Counted from the first letter of the stretch, positions 28,256 through 37,806 are shown. The stretch is DNA of 59,754 nucleotides from Minisyncoccota bacterium (GCA_041665625.1 JBAYIK010000001.1:134587-194340), one strand, 5' to 3'. The notes: generated by a model from the sequence alone, not told the origin. Numbers and translations are program-made.

Positions 28256-28600
28256 ATGACTACCAGGGTACCCAAATTTTTGCCCGAGGATTTTCTTTTG
28301 TTGCAAGAAAAAATTGCCGAACTTGAGGCAAAGCTTATTAGCAATGGCCAGGCACTTGGAGACTCCACAGAACAAAGTTCAGAGACCTGGCACGATAATG
28401 CCACTTATGATGTTGCCCGAATGAACTTCGAAATTACCGCGGACGAGCTACAGAAACTTATTGAGGTAAGAAATAGCGCAATTATCATCGAACCAGCCAG
28501 AGATTATACGGAAGAGGTAATTCTTGAGAGCATTGTCACAATTTTAAATGAAAAAACCGGCGAGAAGCAGAAGATTAAATTAACAGGGGATACAGCGTAA
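28256..28600 (+). CDS. short GreA/GreB-like transcript cleavage factor homologue
   Basis: LQEKIAELEAKL...GDSTEQSSETWHDNATYDVARMNF resembles the Gre N-terminal coiled coil; short C-terminal domain. Confidence 0.45.
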   Translation: MTTRVPKFLPEDFLLLQEKIAELEAKLISNGQALGDSTEQSSETWHDNATYDVARMNFEITADELQKLIEVRNSAIIIEPARDYTEEVILESIVTILNEKTGEKQKIKLTGDTA

Positions 28601-28646
28601 GGTTCTTCCAGTGGACCTCTTTCTCTAAATTTTGTATAGTTGGGCT

Positions 28647-29651
28647 ATGGAGAAATTCACACCACAACAAGTAAAAGAGAAAATCCTTGCTATAGAGAAC
28701 CTTAGCCTTAAAGAGAGCGACGTAACAGAAATCAGAGAACAACAAGGTGGTTTAGTAAATTATGTATTCAGAATAGAAACGACTAGGGGGCTTTTCTTCC
28801 TTAAACAATTTTTAGGAGAACTAAAAGCTGATTTCTTTAAAGGTTTAGAATTAGGCCCGAAAGACAGAATAACTTTATCCTACGAGGTTGAAAATACTTT
28901 TGAAGAAATATTGGGGAAAGAGACGAAAATAATTCCCCACATATTTGAACATAACAAAGAAGAGGGATATTTGGCCATCGAAGGGTTTAACAATGTAAAA
29001 CCCTTAATAGAAGAATTCAAATTGGGTAATTTCCCTGAAGCAGTAATAAAAGATTTAGCAAACAAACTAGCCCGAGTTCATCAAATAACTTACAAAAACC
29101 CAAATACTAAGTTAAATTTATATAACAAAGAATGGCTAAAACTTAAGCTCAAATATCAATATTACGAAGTAGCGAGTTTCCTTTCCCAAAAAAATGCTCA
29201 GAAGCTAATCAACTTTGCCAATGGATATATTAAGAGAAAATTTGTCCTTACTCATGGGGACCTTTGTTCAATAAACATTTTACTTGATGACAAAGCTTGG
29301 CATCTCATTGATTTTGAAGATGCGCACATAGGAACACCGGCTTTTGATTTAGGTTATTTCTTGTCAGAGCTCTTTATCGCTAGGCTAAACTTCCCCGAGA
29401 AAAAGGAACAGATAAGTTTCTTGATTCTAGAATTTCTTAATAATTACTTTAAAATTTTTGATAAACAAGAGAGAGCTGAAGTAGAAAAAGAAGCTTCTCT
29501 TCACCTCGGAAGTCTACTTCTATACAGAACCTTTGGGTTGTCTAAAGATATTTTTACCAGCCATGTAAGGGAAGAGGTCCGTTCTCAAATAAAAGAACTG
29601 GCAGAAAGTATCTTTGAAAAAGAAAATTTAACCTTAAGTAACTTAATCTAA
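28647..29651 (+). CDS. aminoglycoside-phosphotransferase-fold kinase (APH/MTR-kinase-like)
   Basis: Catalytic loop THGDLCSINILL and IDFEDAHIGTPAFDLGYF. Confidence 0.7.
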   Translation: MEKFTPQQVKEKILAIENLSLKESDVTEIREQQGGLVNYVFRIETTRGLFFLKQFLGELKADFFKGLELGPKDRITLSYEVENTFEEILGKETKIIPHIFEHNKEEGYLAIEGFNNVKPLIEEFKLGNFPEAVIKDLANKLARVHQITYKNPNTKLNLYNKEWLKLKLKYQYYEVASFLSQKNAQKLINFANGYIKRKFVLTHGDLCSINILLDDKAWHLIDFEDAHIGTPAFDLGYFLSELFIARLNFPEKKEQISFLILEFLNNYFKIFDKQERAEVEKEASLHLGSLLLYRTFGLSKDIFTSHVREEVRSQIKELAESIFEKENLTLSNLI

Positions 29652-29653
29652 AT

Positions 29654-30484
29654 ATGTTTAATCTAGAAGACCAAAGTAAACCAGAAGCAGCCATTGAACG
29701 AGAAAAGTTTGAAAAAATTATTCTTCTAATACGCCATCCAAGTACTCAGATCGAAGTCCTCGCTAGTCAGGGTGACAACGATACACCCTGGGACAGCTTA
29801 GAAGACCGTGTTCGAATAGAAAAAGGTAAGGGCCATGACATGACCCGCTTATTAGCGCAACATTTAGTTGCAGAAATTCCAGAAATAGTTAGGACCTCCA
29901 AAGGAAATAGAGATTATAAGATAGTATCTGGACCTCTACCAAGAACAAAAGTAATGGCAAGATATGATCTTTCTTTCTTAAGAGAAGCCCACAAACATGA
30001 TCCCAATATCCCCCTGCCAGTAGAGACAGGGGTTGAGGTTATCGACAACTTCACGGAAATCCCAATGACTTATACTAAGGGGCAGATTCTAGAGCTCGTT
30101 GAAAAAACTAGGAAGGAGGGAAAACCCCTAATGTCTGTGATGGAGGAATGGTTTAAATCTGATCCCATCTTTATTGCTTCAGTTTTTGAAAAAGAAAGGC
30201 AAAGAGTGACCGAGGGTTTAAAGAAAATCGTTTCTGATCCCACTCCAATAACCCTTATCCATACGCACAGGCTCGTGACTGGGTTTATCCTTTGGTTAAT
30301 TGCAAACAAAAAATTTGATGAGCCAATCACCCCAAATGACTTACCGGGCATCATGGAAATTGCCAGGAAGTTACCTTACACTTCTGAATCAGAGCTAGGA
30401 TGGAATAGCAAAGAAGGCTGGAATATCTTGAGAAAGGGTGACACAACTCATTTAGACGAAGGACTGATTGGCGGAACATTCTAA
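29654..30484 (+). CDS. hypothetical protein, possibly histidine-phosphatase-like
   Basis: LLIRHPST near the N-terminus and LIHTHRLV later are weak matches to RHG / H motifs. Confidence 0.3.
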   Translation: MFNLEDQSKPEAAIEREKFEKIILLIRHPSTQIEVLASQGDNDTPWDSLEDRVRIEKGKGHDMTRLLAQHLVAEIPEIVRTSKGNRDYKIVSGPLPRTKVMARYDLSFLREAHKHDPNIPLPVETGVEVIDNFTEIPMTYTKGQILELVEKTRKEGKPLMSVMEEWFKSDPIFIASVFEKERQRVTEGLKKIVSDPTPITLIHTHRLVTGFILWLIANKKFDEPITPNDLPGIMEIARKLPYTSESELGWNSKEGWNILRKGDTTHLDEGLIGGTF

Positions 30485-30522
30485 TAGTCTGAGAGGCAAT
30501 TCTGTGCTATTCTAGAACGAAT

Positions 30523-30637
30523 ATGGATCCCGTTAGAAGTTTTACTATCTAAGGGTATGAGTATTAACTTTACGGTTATAGATAAAAATAAAAGGTCTGA
30601 AATTATGTATAAATTAATGAACTTCTAACGGGATGGA
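30523..30637 (+). repeat. long palindromic element abutting the pyrD start codon (family 3, copy 1)
   Basis: ATGGATCCCGTTAGAAG ... CTTCTAACGGGATGGA; 13-bp arms about 80 nt apart; 3' arm ends at position -1 of ATG 30633. Confidence 0.8.
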
Positions 30638-31859
30638 GGCTTGGACTAAACTTAGAAACGATGTAATTGGTTGGAATTACCGGAACATCCTTAAGCCAAT
30701 ACTCTTCAAATTTGATCCTGAAGATATACACGATTTATTCGTTAAGGTCGGGAATTTTCTCGGCCGGGCCTCTCTTCCCCGTTATTTAACTGGGGTTCTT
30801 TTTGATTATGAGAATCCAGCACTCGAACAGGAAATTCTGGGCATCAAATTCAAGAACCCGATTGGGCTCTCGGCGGGCTTCGATAAGAACGCAAAATTAA
30901 CTCAGATTATCTCGAAGGTCGGTTTTGGCTTCACCGAGATTGGTTCGGTGACCGGCCGTCCCTGCAAGGGTAACGAGGGGCGACACTTGTGGCGCTTGCC
31001 TAAATCCGAGAGTTTGATTGTTTATTATGGTCTGACGAATGATGGGGCAGAAAATATTGCTAATAGGCTGGGGGCTACCGAGATTGGATCTGGCTACGCG
31101 AGATCCAATCGCTTCCGCCCCCAGGGCAACTTCGTTCTAGGCGTCAGCCTTGCCAAAACCAACGACCGCGAAACAACGACGACCGAAGCGGGGATTGAAG
31201 ATTATATCAAAGCCTATGAAGCCTTCCTTAAAACTGAGGTGGGAGATTATTTTACCATCAATATCAGTTGTCCCAACACCTTCGGTGGCGAACCTTTTGT
31301 CGAACCAGAACGCTTAGACTTGTTACTATTCGCTTTTGCCAAAGTTAGAGATGGCCAATCTGGCCGAGGACTAGCCTCGGTCAAAACTAGACCTCTTTTT
31401 GTTAAACTCCCGCCAGACCTAAGCGACGAGAAATTAGATGCGATTATCGAGCTAGTTAAGAAATACAAAATCAACGGCTTCGTCTCGACTAATTTAACCA
31501 AAGATAGAAATAATCCTCTTATCAAAGATAAAATTAAAGATCCCTTGCCGACAGACAAAGGGGGATTATCGGGCAAAATTGTCGAGGAATTAGCGACCAA
31601 ACAAATTGAATATATTTATAAAAAAATAAAAGATTTGCCTCAGACAGAGAGACCAATCATCATCGGTTGTGGAGGAATCTTCACCGCCGAAGATGCTTAT
31701 AACAAAATCAAAGCTGGCGCCTCACTTCTCCAGCTCATCACCGGGATGATCTTCGAAGGACCCCAAGTCATTAGCGAAATCAACCAAGGCCTTGTCGCCC
31801 TGCTCCAAAAAGATGGGTATAAAAATATAAGTGAAGCGGTAGGTAAAAATAATTTATAA
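30633..31859 (+). CDS. pyrD: dihydroorotate dehydrogenase (class 2-like) with a palindrome-encoded 19-aa insert
   Basis: PIGLSAGFDKNA, FTEIGSVT, INISCPNT, GGLSG, IIGCGGI. Confidence 0.85.
   Translation: MEAWTKLRNDVIGWNYRNILKPILFKFDPEDIHDLFVKVGNFLGRASLPRYLTGVLFDYENPALEQEILGIKFKNPIGLSAGFDKNAKLTQIISKVGFGFTEIGSVTGRPCKGNEGRHLWRLPKSESLIVYYGLTNDGAENIANRLGATEIGSGYARSNRFRPQGNFVLGVSLAKTNDRETTTTEAGIEDYIKAYEAFLKTEVGDYFTINISCPNTFGGEPFVEPERLDLLLFAFAKVRDGQSGRGLASVKTRPLFVKLPPDLSDEKLDAIIELVKKYKINGFVSTNLTKDRNNPLIKDKIKDPLPTDKGGLSGKIVEELATKQIEYIYKKIKDLPQTERPIIIGCGGIFTAEDAYNKIKAGASLLQLITGMIFEGPQVISEINQGLVALLQKDGYKNISEAVGKNNL
31068..31124 (+). repeat. GC-rich palindromic element (family 2) in frame within pyrD
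   Basis: CTGGGGGC-TACCGAG-ATTGGATCT-GGCTACGCG-AGATCCAAT-CGCTTCC-GCCCCCAG; 57 nt = 19 codons. Confidence 0.75.
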
Positions 31860-31912
31860 AAACAAAGAGCCCGCCACACGGAGCGAGCTCTGCGAAGCGG
31901 GACGGGGGTTGT

Positions 31913-32077
31913 CTATTTTCTTTTCGACCTTGCCTTGGCCTTCGGTTTGGGTTTGGCCTTTGGTTTGTTTGGGTCCTTCAACATTATGCAGACAACCTTT
32001 GGAGCCTCTACATGGAAGGGGCGCCAGCGTCCGCTGCGATCTTCGTCATAGTCACCCTCGCGATCTGGGTCGGCCAT
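31913..32077 (-). CDS. hypothetical 54-aa basic protein (GC-rich cassette)
   Basis: Own translation: MADPDREGDYDEDRSGRWRPFHVEAPKVVCIMLKDPNKPKAKPKPKAKARSKRK; GAAAGGAAAGG 5 nt upstream of ATG. Confidence 0.4.
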   Translation of the reverse strand: MADPDREGDYDEDRSGRWRPFHVEAPKVVCIMLKDPNKPKAKPKPKAKARSKRK

Positions 32078-32162
32078 AAGAACCTTTCCTTTCTAGAGTG
32101 TTCGTCTACTCTTTTTCAATTATACCCCTCTTATTATGTTATGTCAAATAAAAACAGGGTTC

Positions 32163-33374
32163 CTATTTAAAAACCACCTTAGTATATCTCTTCTTGCCGA
32201 GGCGAATTAAGACAAAATCTTTGTCTTTTTTGAGAGTGAAGGCAAGATCCGGGACCACCACATCATCCACATAGACACCCCCACTTTCTACCAAATTACG
32301 GGCTTTGGTTTTAGATTCTACCAAACCAGTTTCTACGAGGACATCAACAATATTTTTTCTTTCACCCAGGTCTATCTCAACAGTAGGCACAGCCTCAGAA
32401 CTTGCGCCTGCTCCAGAAAAAAGCTCCAGCGCAGCTTGCTTGGCTTTATCAGCCTCCGCTTCGCCATGAATAAACTTGGTTACTTCATAAGCCAAGACTT
32501 CTTTAGCTTTCTTAATTTCAGCGCCTTCAAGCTTCTCTAATTCAGCCACTTCTTCAAGCGGTAAGAAAGTGAATATCTTCAAGAAACGGCCAACATCACG
32601 ATCATCAACATTAATCCAGTATTGGTAAAAATCAAAAGGGGAGTACTTGCTCGCCTCGAGCCAAACCGCTCCACCCATGCTCTTGCCCATTTTCTTGCCA
32701 TCGCTGGTCGTGATAAGAGGAATAGTAAAAGCATAAACTTCTTTCTCGCGCTTACGCCTAATCAAATCAACACCAGCAATAATATTGCCCCATTGATCGG
32801 TCCCGCCAATTTGCAAACGACAACCAAAAGTATCGTGAAGATGAAGATAGTCGACAGACTGAAGGAGAAGATAATTAAATTCAAAAAATGTTAAACCTTG
32901 TTCACTCTCTAAACGCTCACGGTAAGTCTCATTCTTGATCATCTCGTTAACCTTGAAGTAAGCTCCATATTCCTGCAAAAATTCGAGATAATTAACATCA
33001 CGGAACCAATCTAGATTATTCACGAACTCGACATCATGCCCCTTCAGAAGCTTTCGCACTTGGTCAGACAAACCTTTATAATTATTGGCCAGAGTTTCTG
33101 GGCTCATCATCTGCCGCATCTCGGTGCGACCAGAGGGATCGCCCACCATGCCAGTCGCGCCGCCAACAAGGCACACCGGCTTGTGACCAGCGGCGGCCAG
33201 GCGAGCCATAGTAATAATTAAAGCCAAACTCCCAACATGCAAGCTATCAGCTGTTGGGTCGAAACCAGCGTAGAAAGCAATTTTCTCTTGCCCTAACACT
33301 TCACCCAATTTCCCCTCATGGGATTCTTGGGCGAGTAACCCGCGAGCCTTTAATTCTTCAATTATATTTTGCAT
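32163..33374 (-). CDS. tyrS: tyrosyl-tRNA synthetase
   Basis: GFDPTADSLHVGSL, KMGKS, C-terminal S4-like domain. Confidence 0.95.
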   Translation of the reverse strand: MQNIIEELKARGLLAQESHEGKLGEVLGQEKIAFYAGFDPTADSLHVGSLALIITMARLAAAGHKPVCLVGGATGMVGDPSGRTEMRQMMSPETLANNYKGLSDQVRKLLKGHDVEFVNNLDWFRDVNYLEFLQEYGAYFKVNEMIKNETYRERLESEQGLTFFEFNYLLLQSVDYLHLHDTFGCRLQIGGTDQWGNIIAGVDLIRRKREKEVYAFTIPLITTSDGKKMGKSMGGAVWLEASKYSPFDFYQYWINVDDRDVGRFLKIFTFLPLEEVAELEKLEGAEIKKAKEVLAYEVTKFIHGEAEADKAKQAALELFSGAGASSEAVPTVEIDLGERKNIVDVLVETGLVESKTKARNLVESGGVYVDDVVVPDLAFTLKKDKDFVLIRLGKKRYTKVVFK

Positions 33375-33418
33375 AGATTTATTGATATAATTCTAACATA
33401 AGTCTTAAATTAACAAAC

Positions 33419-33447
33419 TTGACTATATATAAAAAGTGTGATACACT
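33419..33447 (+). promoter_or_regulatory. putative promoter
   Basis: TTGACT (33419-33424), 17-nt spacer, TACACT (33442-33447). Confidence 0.45.
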
Positions 33448-33499
33448 GTGGGCAGAGATTGAAAAAAGGATTCTAGCCACAAAAAAAGGAGCTAAGGAC

Positions 33500-33997
33500 A
33501 TGTTTCAAAAGAAGCGTCTTCTGACGCTCTTTGTCGGACTGACAGGCAATTGGGCCATGGTTTATGGTTTTGACTTTGTGTTATATCCCTATGTGCTGTA
33601 CACATTTGGGACGACCAAAGGCTGGGCCATAATGACTTTTGCCTCGCTCGTGCTTTGTCTCTTAACCCTCTGGTTCTATGATTGGTCCAAGCAGGACTGG
33701 GTCGGAATAGAGGCGATCAAAGGCTTGCGCGACGGCGAAGCGACGAGTCGAGTAGGAAAATTGACCGCTTGGATGCTCAAGAAGAGCGATCCAGTGGTAC
33801 TCGTCTTCCTCTCACTCAAGTTTGACCCACTCATTACAGCGTTGTACATGAGAAAAGGTTCAAACCTGTTCAGTGGTTTTGCTAAGCGCGATTGGGGTAT
33901 CTTCTCTCTCAGCCTGATTATCTCAAACCTCTACTGGGGGTTGGTCGTGCTGGCAGGGATAGACATTATCCAGTGGCTCTGGGCCCACGTTATGTAA
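33500..33997 (+). CDS. hypothetical polytopic membrane protein
   Basis: ATG 33500 after AAGGAG; four hydrophobic segments; terminator follows. Confidence 0.55.
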   Translation: MFQKKRLLTLFVGLTGNWAMVYGFDFVLYPYVLYTFGTTKGWAIMTFASLVLCLLTLWFYDWSKQDWVGIEAIKGLRDGEATSRVGKLTAWMLKKSDPVVLVFLSLKFDPLITALYMRKGSNLFSGFAKRDWGIFSLSLIISNLYWGLVVLAGIDIIQWLWAHVM

Positions 33998-34036
33998 GGG
34001 TGTCACGTCCAAGAGACGGGGCACCCTTTTGTTTTT
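33997..34036 (+). terminator. intrinsic terminator
   Basis: GGGTG...CACCC hairpin with inner CGTC/GACG pairs, then TTTTGTTTTT. Confidence 0.6.
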
Positions 34037-34054
34037 AAGTTAGAGTAGCTTATA

Positions 34055-34453
34055 ATGGAAAATATGAAAAAGAAAATTGAAATAAAAGTTATACAAGATG
34101 AGGATCAGCGTTACAACACCGTTGGTGATTATTTTGTAAAAAAGGACAAATGGGAAATTATTGTTTCCGACCTACCCAGTTGGAAATATGAGGCTCTCGT
34201 CGCAATTCATGAATTAGTAGAGATGGTTCTCTGTGATGATCGAAAAATTACCAATAAGAGCATCGATGAATTCGATATAGAATATAACAAGCATCGGCCG
34301 GAAGATGACGCCAGCGAGCCCGGTGATGACCCTCAAGCCCCTTACTACAAAGAGCATCAATTCGCGACAAAAATAGAAAAAATGATGGCTGAAGAATTAG
34401 GTGTTGACTGGGAAACTTATAACAAAGCTATCGCCAAACTGATGAAGAACTAG
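34055..34453 (+). CDS. hypothetical protein
   Basis: 132-aa ORF, no recognised motif. Confidence 0.5.
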   Translation: MENMKKKIEIKVIQDEDQRYNTVGDYFVKKDKWEIIVSDLPSWKYEALVAIHELVEMVLCDDRKITNKSIDEFDIEYNKHRPEDDASEPGDDPQAPYYKEHQFATKIEKMMAEELGVDWETYNKAIAKLMKN

Positions 34454-34493
34454 CTCTTTACAAAAGTCATATTTTAATATATAATCAAGAAAT

Positions 34494-35411
34494 ATGAACA
34501 AAATTCCTGATTTTCCCGACTTTAAGGAGCTTGAACTCCGAGACAAGTCGGCACTTGAAAGATTAACCAAAAAATTCAAACCTTACTCCGACTTTAATTT
34601 CTCAAGCCTTTGGGCTTGGAACATAAAAACAAAAACTAGAATCTCTAAATTAAACAACAACTTAGTGATTCTTTTTAATGACTATATTACCAACAAACCA
34701 GTTGTCTCCTTTCTCGGTTTAAATAAAGTTATAGAAACAACTAATGCTTTATTCGATTTTTCTCAAAAGCATAAGTACGGCGAATCACTCCGACTGATTG
34801 CCGAGGAGACAGCTGAAGCTCTTCCTAAATCGGAATTTAAAGTTGAGGCCGATCAAGATTCCTTCGACTATGTTTACCCTGTTGCCAATTTGGCCAATAT
34901 GAATAATTGGCCAAAAAGCCGTTCTCGCAAAAGCATTCGGCAATTTATAAAAAAATTCCCCGATTACAAAATTAAACTTTCAAGCATTCAGAAAGTAGAT
35001 CAGGAAGAACACTTAAAGATGTTCCAGAAATGGGCCGAGAACAAAGAGATCTCGAATGTCTTTGAGTTAAATGAGTACAAAGCTTTCAAACGTTTCCTCG
35101 AATTGCCTGACCCCAAAATTAAAGTGGTCTCTCTTTATGTGGACAATGTTTTGCTTGGATTTACTGTCTACGAGATTCAAACTGATGAGTATGTTTTATC
35201 ACACTTTGCTAAGGCCAATACTAAATTCCACCCAGGAACCAACGATATCTTAAACTGGGAGGAGGCCAAGCTCCTCGACGCCCAAGGTTTCAAATACTAT
35301 AACTGGGAGCAAGACCTCGGCCTTCTTGGTTTGCGTAAGTCTAAAGAAAAATATAAGCCCAGTTTCTTTTTGAAGAAGTTTACGGTGAGGAAAAATAATA
35401 GCTTAGATTAA
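34494..35411 (+). CDS. hypothetical protein, possibly DUF2156 / MprF C-terminal-like acyltransferase fold
   Basis: N-terminal YSDFNFSSLWAWN pattern recalled from DUF2156 proteins; TATAAT (34480-34485) 8 nt before ATG. Confidence 0.35.
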   Translation: MNKIPDFPDFKELELRDKSALERLTKKFKPYSDFNFSSLWAWNIKTKTRISKLNNNLVILFNDYITNKPVVSFLGLNKVIETTNALFDFSQKHKYGESLRLIAEETAEALPKSEFKVEADQDSFDYVYPVANLANMNNWPKSRSRKSIRQFIKKFPDYKIKLSSIQKVDQEEHLKMFQKWAENKEISNVFELNEYKAFKRFLELPDPKIKVVSLYVDNVLLGFTVYEIQTDEYVLSHFAKANTKFHPGTNDILNWEEAKLLDAQGFKYYNWEQDLGLLGLRKSKEKYKPSFFLKKFTVRKNNSLD

Positions 35412-36065
35412 AAAGCTAACTGTATCATCTACCAATTCCTTCTCTTGCTCTGGGGTCTCCACCGAATGCCCCATATCATTTATTTTTTCCACATTAGAAT
35501 CTGGCAAATAACTAGCTAACCGGAGAGAATTCTCTATTGATACATTATTGTCCTTGGTTCCGTGAATAATCTTTACTGGTACTTTTATATTAGACAGCAA
35601 ATTCTTATCGACAAGTACTTCCAACAGTGAGCTAATTTCAGAAAAAACAATATCAATTTTTTCATTTAAGTTGCCCTTATCATCCGCGACTCCAATAACT
35701 GGTGCCCAGAGGACCATCTTGGTAATCTCAGGGTAATTGCGAGTCAGGAGAATACCTCCACCCAGACTTTTACCAATAGCAAATATTTTAGTGTAGCCCT
35801 TAAATCTGAGAAATTCTATCGCTTGAAAAACGTCTTCTTGAATTTGTCTGATACTTTTCTTCTCAAGCTCTTCAACGCTATCCCAACTTTGGACACGAAG
35901 AAAATCCATACCTAAGCGCAAGCACACGTCGGACAATTGCTTATATTTATCAGAAAAAGCTTTACCGCTAACACCGGGGATAAAAATAACAGCAGTGTTA
36001 GATTCTGCTTCCCCCTTATCGAGAACAACTTTAGTTATGCCATTGTCTAATGTTATTATATCCAT
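35403..36065 (-). CDS. alpha/beta hydrolase (serine hydrolase), last gene of the YcaO cassette
   Basis: VIFIPGVSG, nucleophile elbow GKSLGGG, IHGTKDNNV, C-terminal MGHSV; 26 nt downstream of ycaO. Confidence 0.75.
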   Translation of the reverse strand: MDIITLDNGITKVVLDKGEAESNTAVIFIPGVSGKAFSDKYKQLSDVCLRLGMDFLRVQSWDSVEELEKKSIRQIQEDVFQAIEFLRFKGYTKIFAIGKSLGGGILLTRNYPEITKMVLWAPVIGVADDKGNLNEKIDIVFSEISSLLEVLVDKNLLSNIKVPVKIIHGTKDNNVSIENSLRLASYLPDSNVEKINDMGHSVETPEQEKELVDDTVSFLI

Positions 36066-36091
36066 AAGTTAAATATTATCATTAGGAATGA

Positions 36092-37372
36092 TTATGGGAA
36101 AGGGTGAGGAAGAGAGTTCAGTTTTTCTTCTATCTTTAGACCTAGCTTAATAGGCATATCCCAGAGTCTTTTAGCCCCCTCTCTTGGTAGCAGGTGGGTC
36201 TTGTTTAGATCTACTAAACCTGGGACAATGACGCGGAAGACCCTAACTTTTGTCGACTCAATATCTTTGGTGGTCAATTCTTTAAAGAAGACTTCTAATC
36301 CTAGTTCCTGTAAGTTATTTAACAGGTGGTTAAAAGAGTATTTTTCTTTTAAGTATTTAATTGTTCCACCATTAAAGACAAGTTGGTTAAATTTCTCGTC
36401 TTGATAATAAAGAAAGTGCTCATAAAGCGCCCTTATTGATTCTTTATTTTTGGGTTTGGCGCCCATGATATTTTTAGAGTAGAGAAAGGTAAAAAGACAC
36501 TCTTCAAGAGTTTTGTTGATAGCTATCTCTGAATCGAGAGAAGCGCAGGCTCCGATACCGTAATGAATCTTTTTACCTTTACCTTTCCAAATCAAACCGA
36601 CAAAAATTGGTATATTAATGTCACTATAAAGTTTATAAATTTTAATCTCATACCCATCTTCGGATAGTTTTTTTATTAGAGACTCATTAGAGTCATTTAT
36701 TGAACTAATTAATATTTCTGGGGGATCTAGCCTCTGCAGAAAATTAGTCATCAGAGCATCTCGTTCTATTAACTCCAATAATCCGCTCATTATTATCCTC
36801 TTCTTGTCAGTTCCGGCCGCCATTCCAGTCGAAGTCGTCTCGGCGGATAATTTCCCCTCATCAAATGGTAGGTAAATAAGACTGGCTGGCCAATATTTAA
36901 ATTTCCCAGGGCTTACAAATGACTCGATTTTATCCCAATATATTTTTTCCTTTAAGGGGTCGGCAAAAGATTTATTTTTACGATATTGTTCTTTTGAATA
37001 TAAAGAAAAATCATCAAATCTCGTTTTTTTAGATAGATCTTCGTGTCGCCCGAAAAATAAACCACCTTTATTGTAATAGGACATGCAGTATCTCTCCAGA
37101 GACTCGCCCATACAGGCATGAAGAGCAAAACGACCATCTTTATTTATTCCCAAGCCTCCACTTGATACCTCGCGGGATCTATTAAAAAGGATAACTGTTT
37201 GGGCTGATAGAGACTGGAACATTGAATAGCCGTAGCGTGACAAGTCGTTACGACGAAGGAGAGCATTAACTATCCCAATTTTATCACTAAAAATCTTTGA
37301 GTATTGTTTCCTGTCTGGCGCGGTTAACTCAGTAATCTCCCTTAAATTTTTAATTAGCTGTTTATTTGCCAT
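36092..37372 (-). CDS. ycaO: YcaO-domain protein (ATP-dependent peptide backbone-modifying enzyme family)
   Basis: ACMGESLERY, STGMAAG, LELIERDA, C-terminal PHPFP (PxPxP tail). Confidence 0.85.
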   Translation of the reverse strand: MANKQLIKNLREITELTAPDRKQYSKIFSDKIGIVNALLRRNDLSRYGYSMFQSLSAQTVILFNRSREVSSGGLGINKDGRFALHACMGESLERYCMSYYNKGGLFFGRHEDLSKKTRFDDFSLYSKEQYRKNKSFADPLKEKIYWDKIESFVSPGKFKYWPASLIYLPFDEGKLSAETTSTGMAAGTDKKRIIMSGLLELIERDALMTNFLQRLDPPEILISSINDSNESLIKKLSEDGYEIKIYKLYSDINIPIFVGLIWKGKGKKIHYGIGACASLDSEIAINKTLEECLFTFLYSKNIMGAKPKNKESIRALYEHFLYYQDEKFNQLVFNGGTIKYLKEKYSFNHLLNNLQELGLEVFFKELTTKDIESTKVRVFRVIVPGLVDLNKTHLLPREGAKRLWDMPIKLGLKIEEKLNSLPHPFP

Positions 37373-37697
37373 TTTGGCAGGAATGATTACACCCGGGTAT
37401 TAAGATAAAATGGTGTTCGGTCACTTGTTGTTCTTTAGTAATTTCTAGCATTAGATTTTCTAAGCCCTTCTTATTGAAGTAATGTTTTAGGTTTCCTCCC
37501 CCAATAAAATTAAGATAATTAATAAATTCTCTAAATTCAGAAGATAAAATTCTTTTTTTAAAACAAACAGAACAAAAAGATGGGGAGACCCGAGGGCCTA
37601 TTAGCAAATTTTTACCCACTCTGGCCACAAAAATATCCCCCGAGACCAGGGTTATTTTTTCTTTTTCTATAAAATCTTTGAGGTTTATTAAGGCCAT
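37362..37697 (-). CDS. small Cys-rich protein translationally coupled to YcaO
   Basis: 111 aa from ATG 37697; CSVC and C-terminal PGCNHSCQNGK; stop overlaps the ycaO start by 11 nt. Confidence 0.6.
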   Translation of the reverse strand: MALINLKDFIEKEKITLVSGDIFVARVGKNLLIGPRVSPSFCSVCFKKRILSSEFREFINYLNFIGGGNLKHYFNKKGLENLMLEITKEQQVTEHHFILIPGCNHSCQNGK

Positions 37698-37717
37698 TGT
37701 TATCAACTGAAATAAAA

Positions 37718-37740
37718 GCCATCCCTTGTTAGAGATGGCC
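37718..37740 (-). terminator. weak hairpin plus T-run between the sORF and the YcaO operon (possible attenuator)
   Basis: Minus strand GCCATC-TCTAACAAGG-GATGGC followed by TTTTATTT. Confidence 0.35.
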
Positions 37741-37752
37741 CTTATTTTTTAA

Positions 37753-37806
37753 CTACGCGGTACAGAGTAAATCGTATTTCTTATCGAATTTCTTGATAAA
37801 TTTCAT
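37753..37806 (-). CDS. candidate 17-aa sORF MKFIKKFDKKYDLLCTA
   Basis: Own translation of the minus strand; lies between the putative promoter and the weak hairpin; no independent coding support. Confidence 0.2.
   Translation of the reverse strand: MKFIKKFDKKYDLLCTA

Noticed and set aside
31915-31975. Imperfect GGCCTT/GGTTTG tandem pattern
   Set aside because: It is explained by the Lys-Pro-Lys-Ala repeats at the C-terminus of the 54-aa minus-strand ORF.
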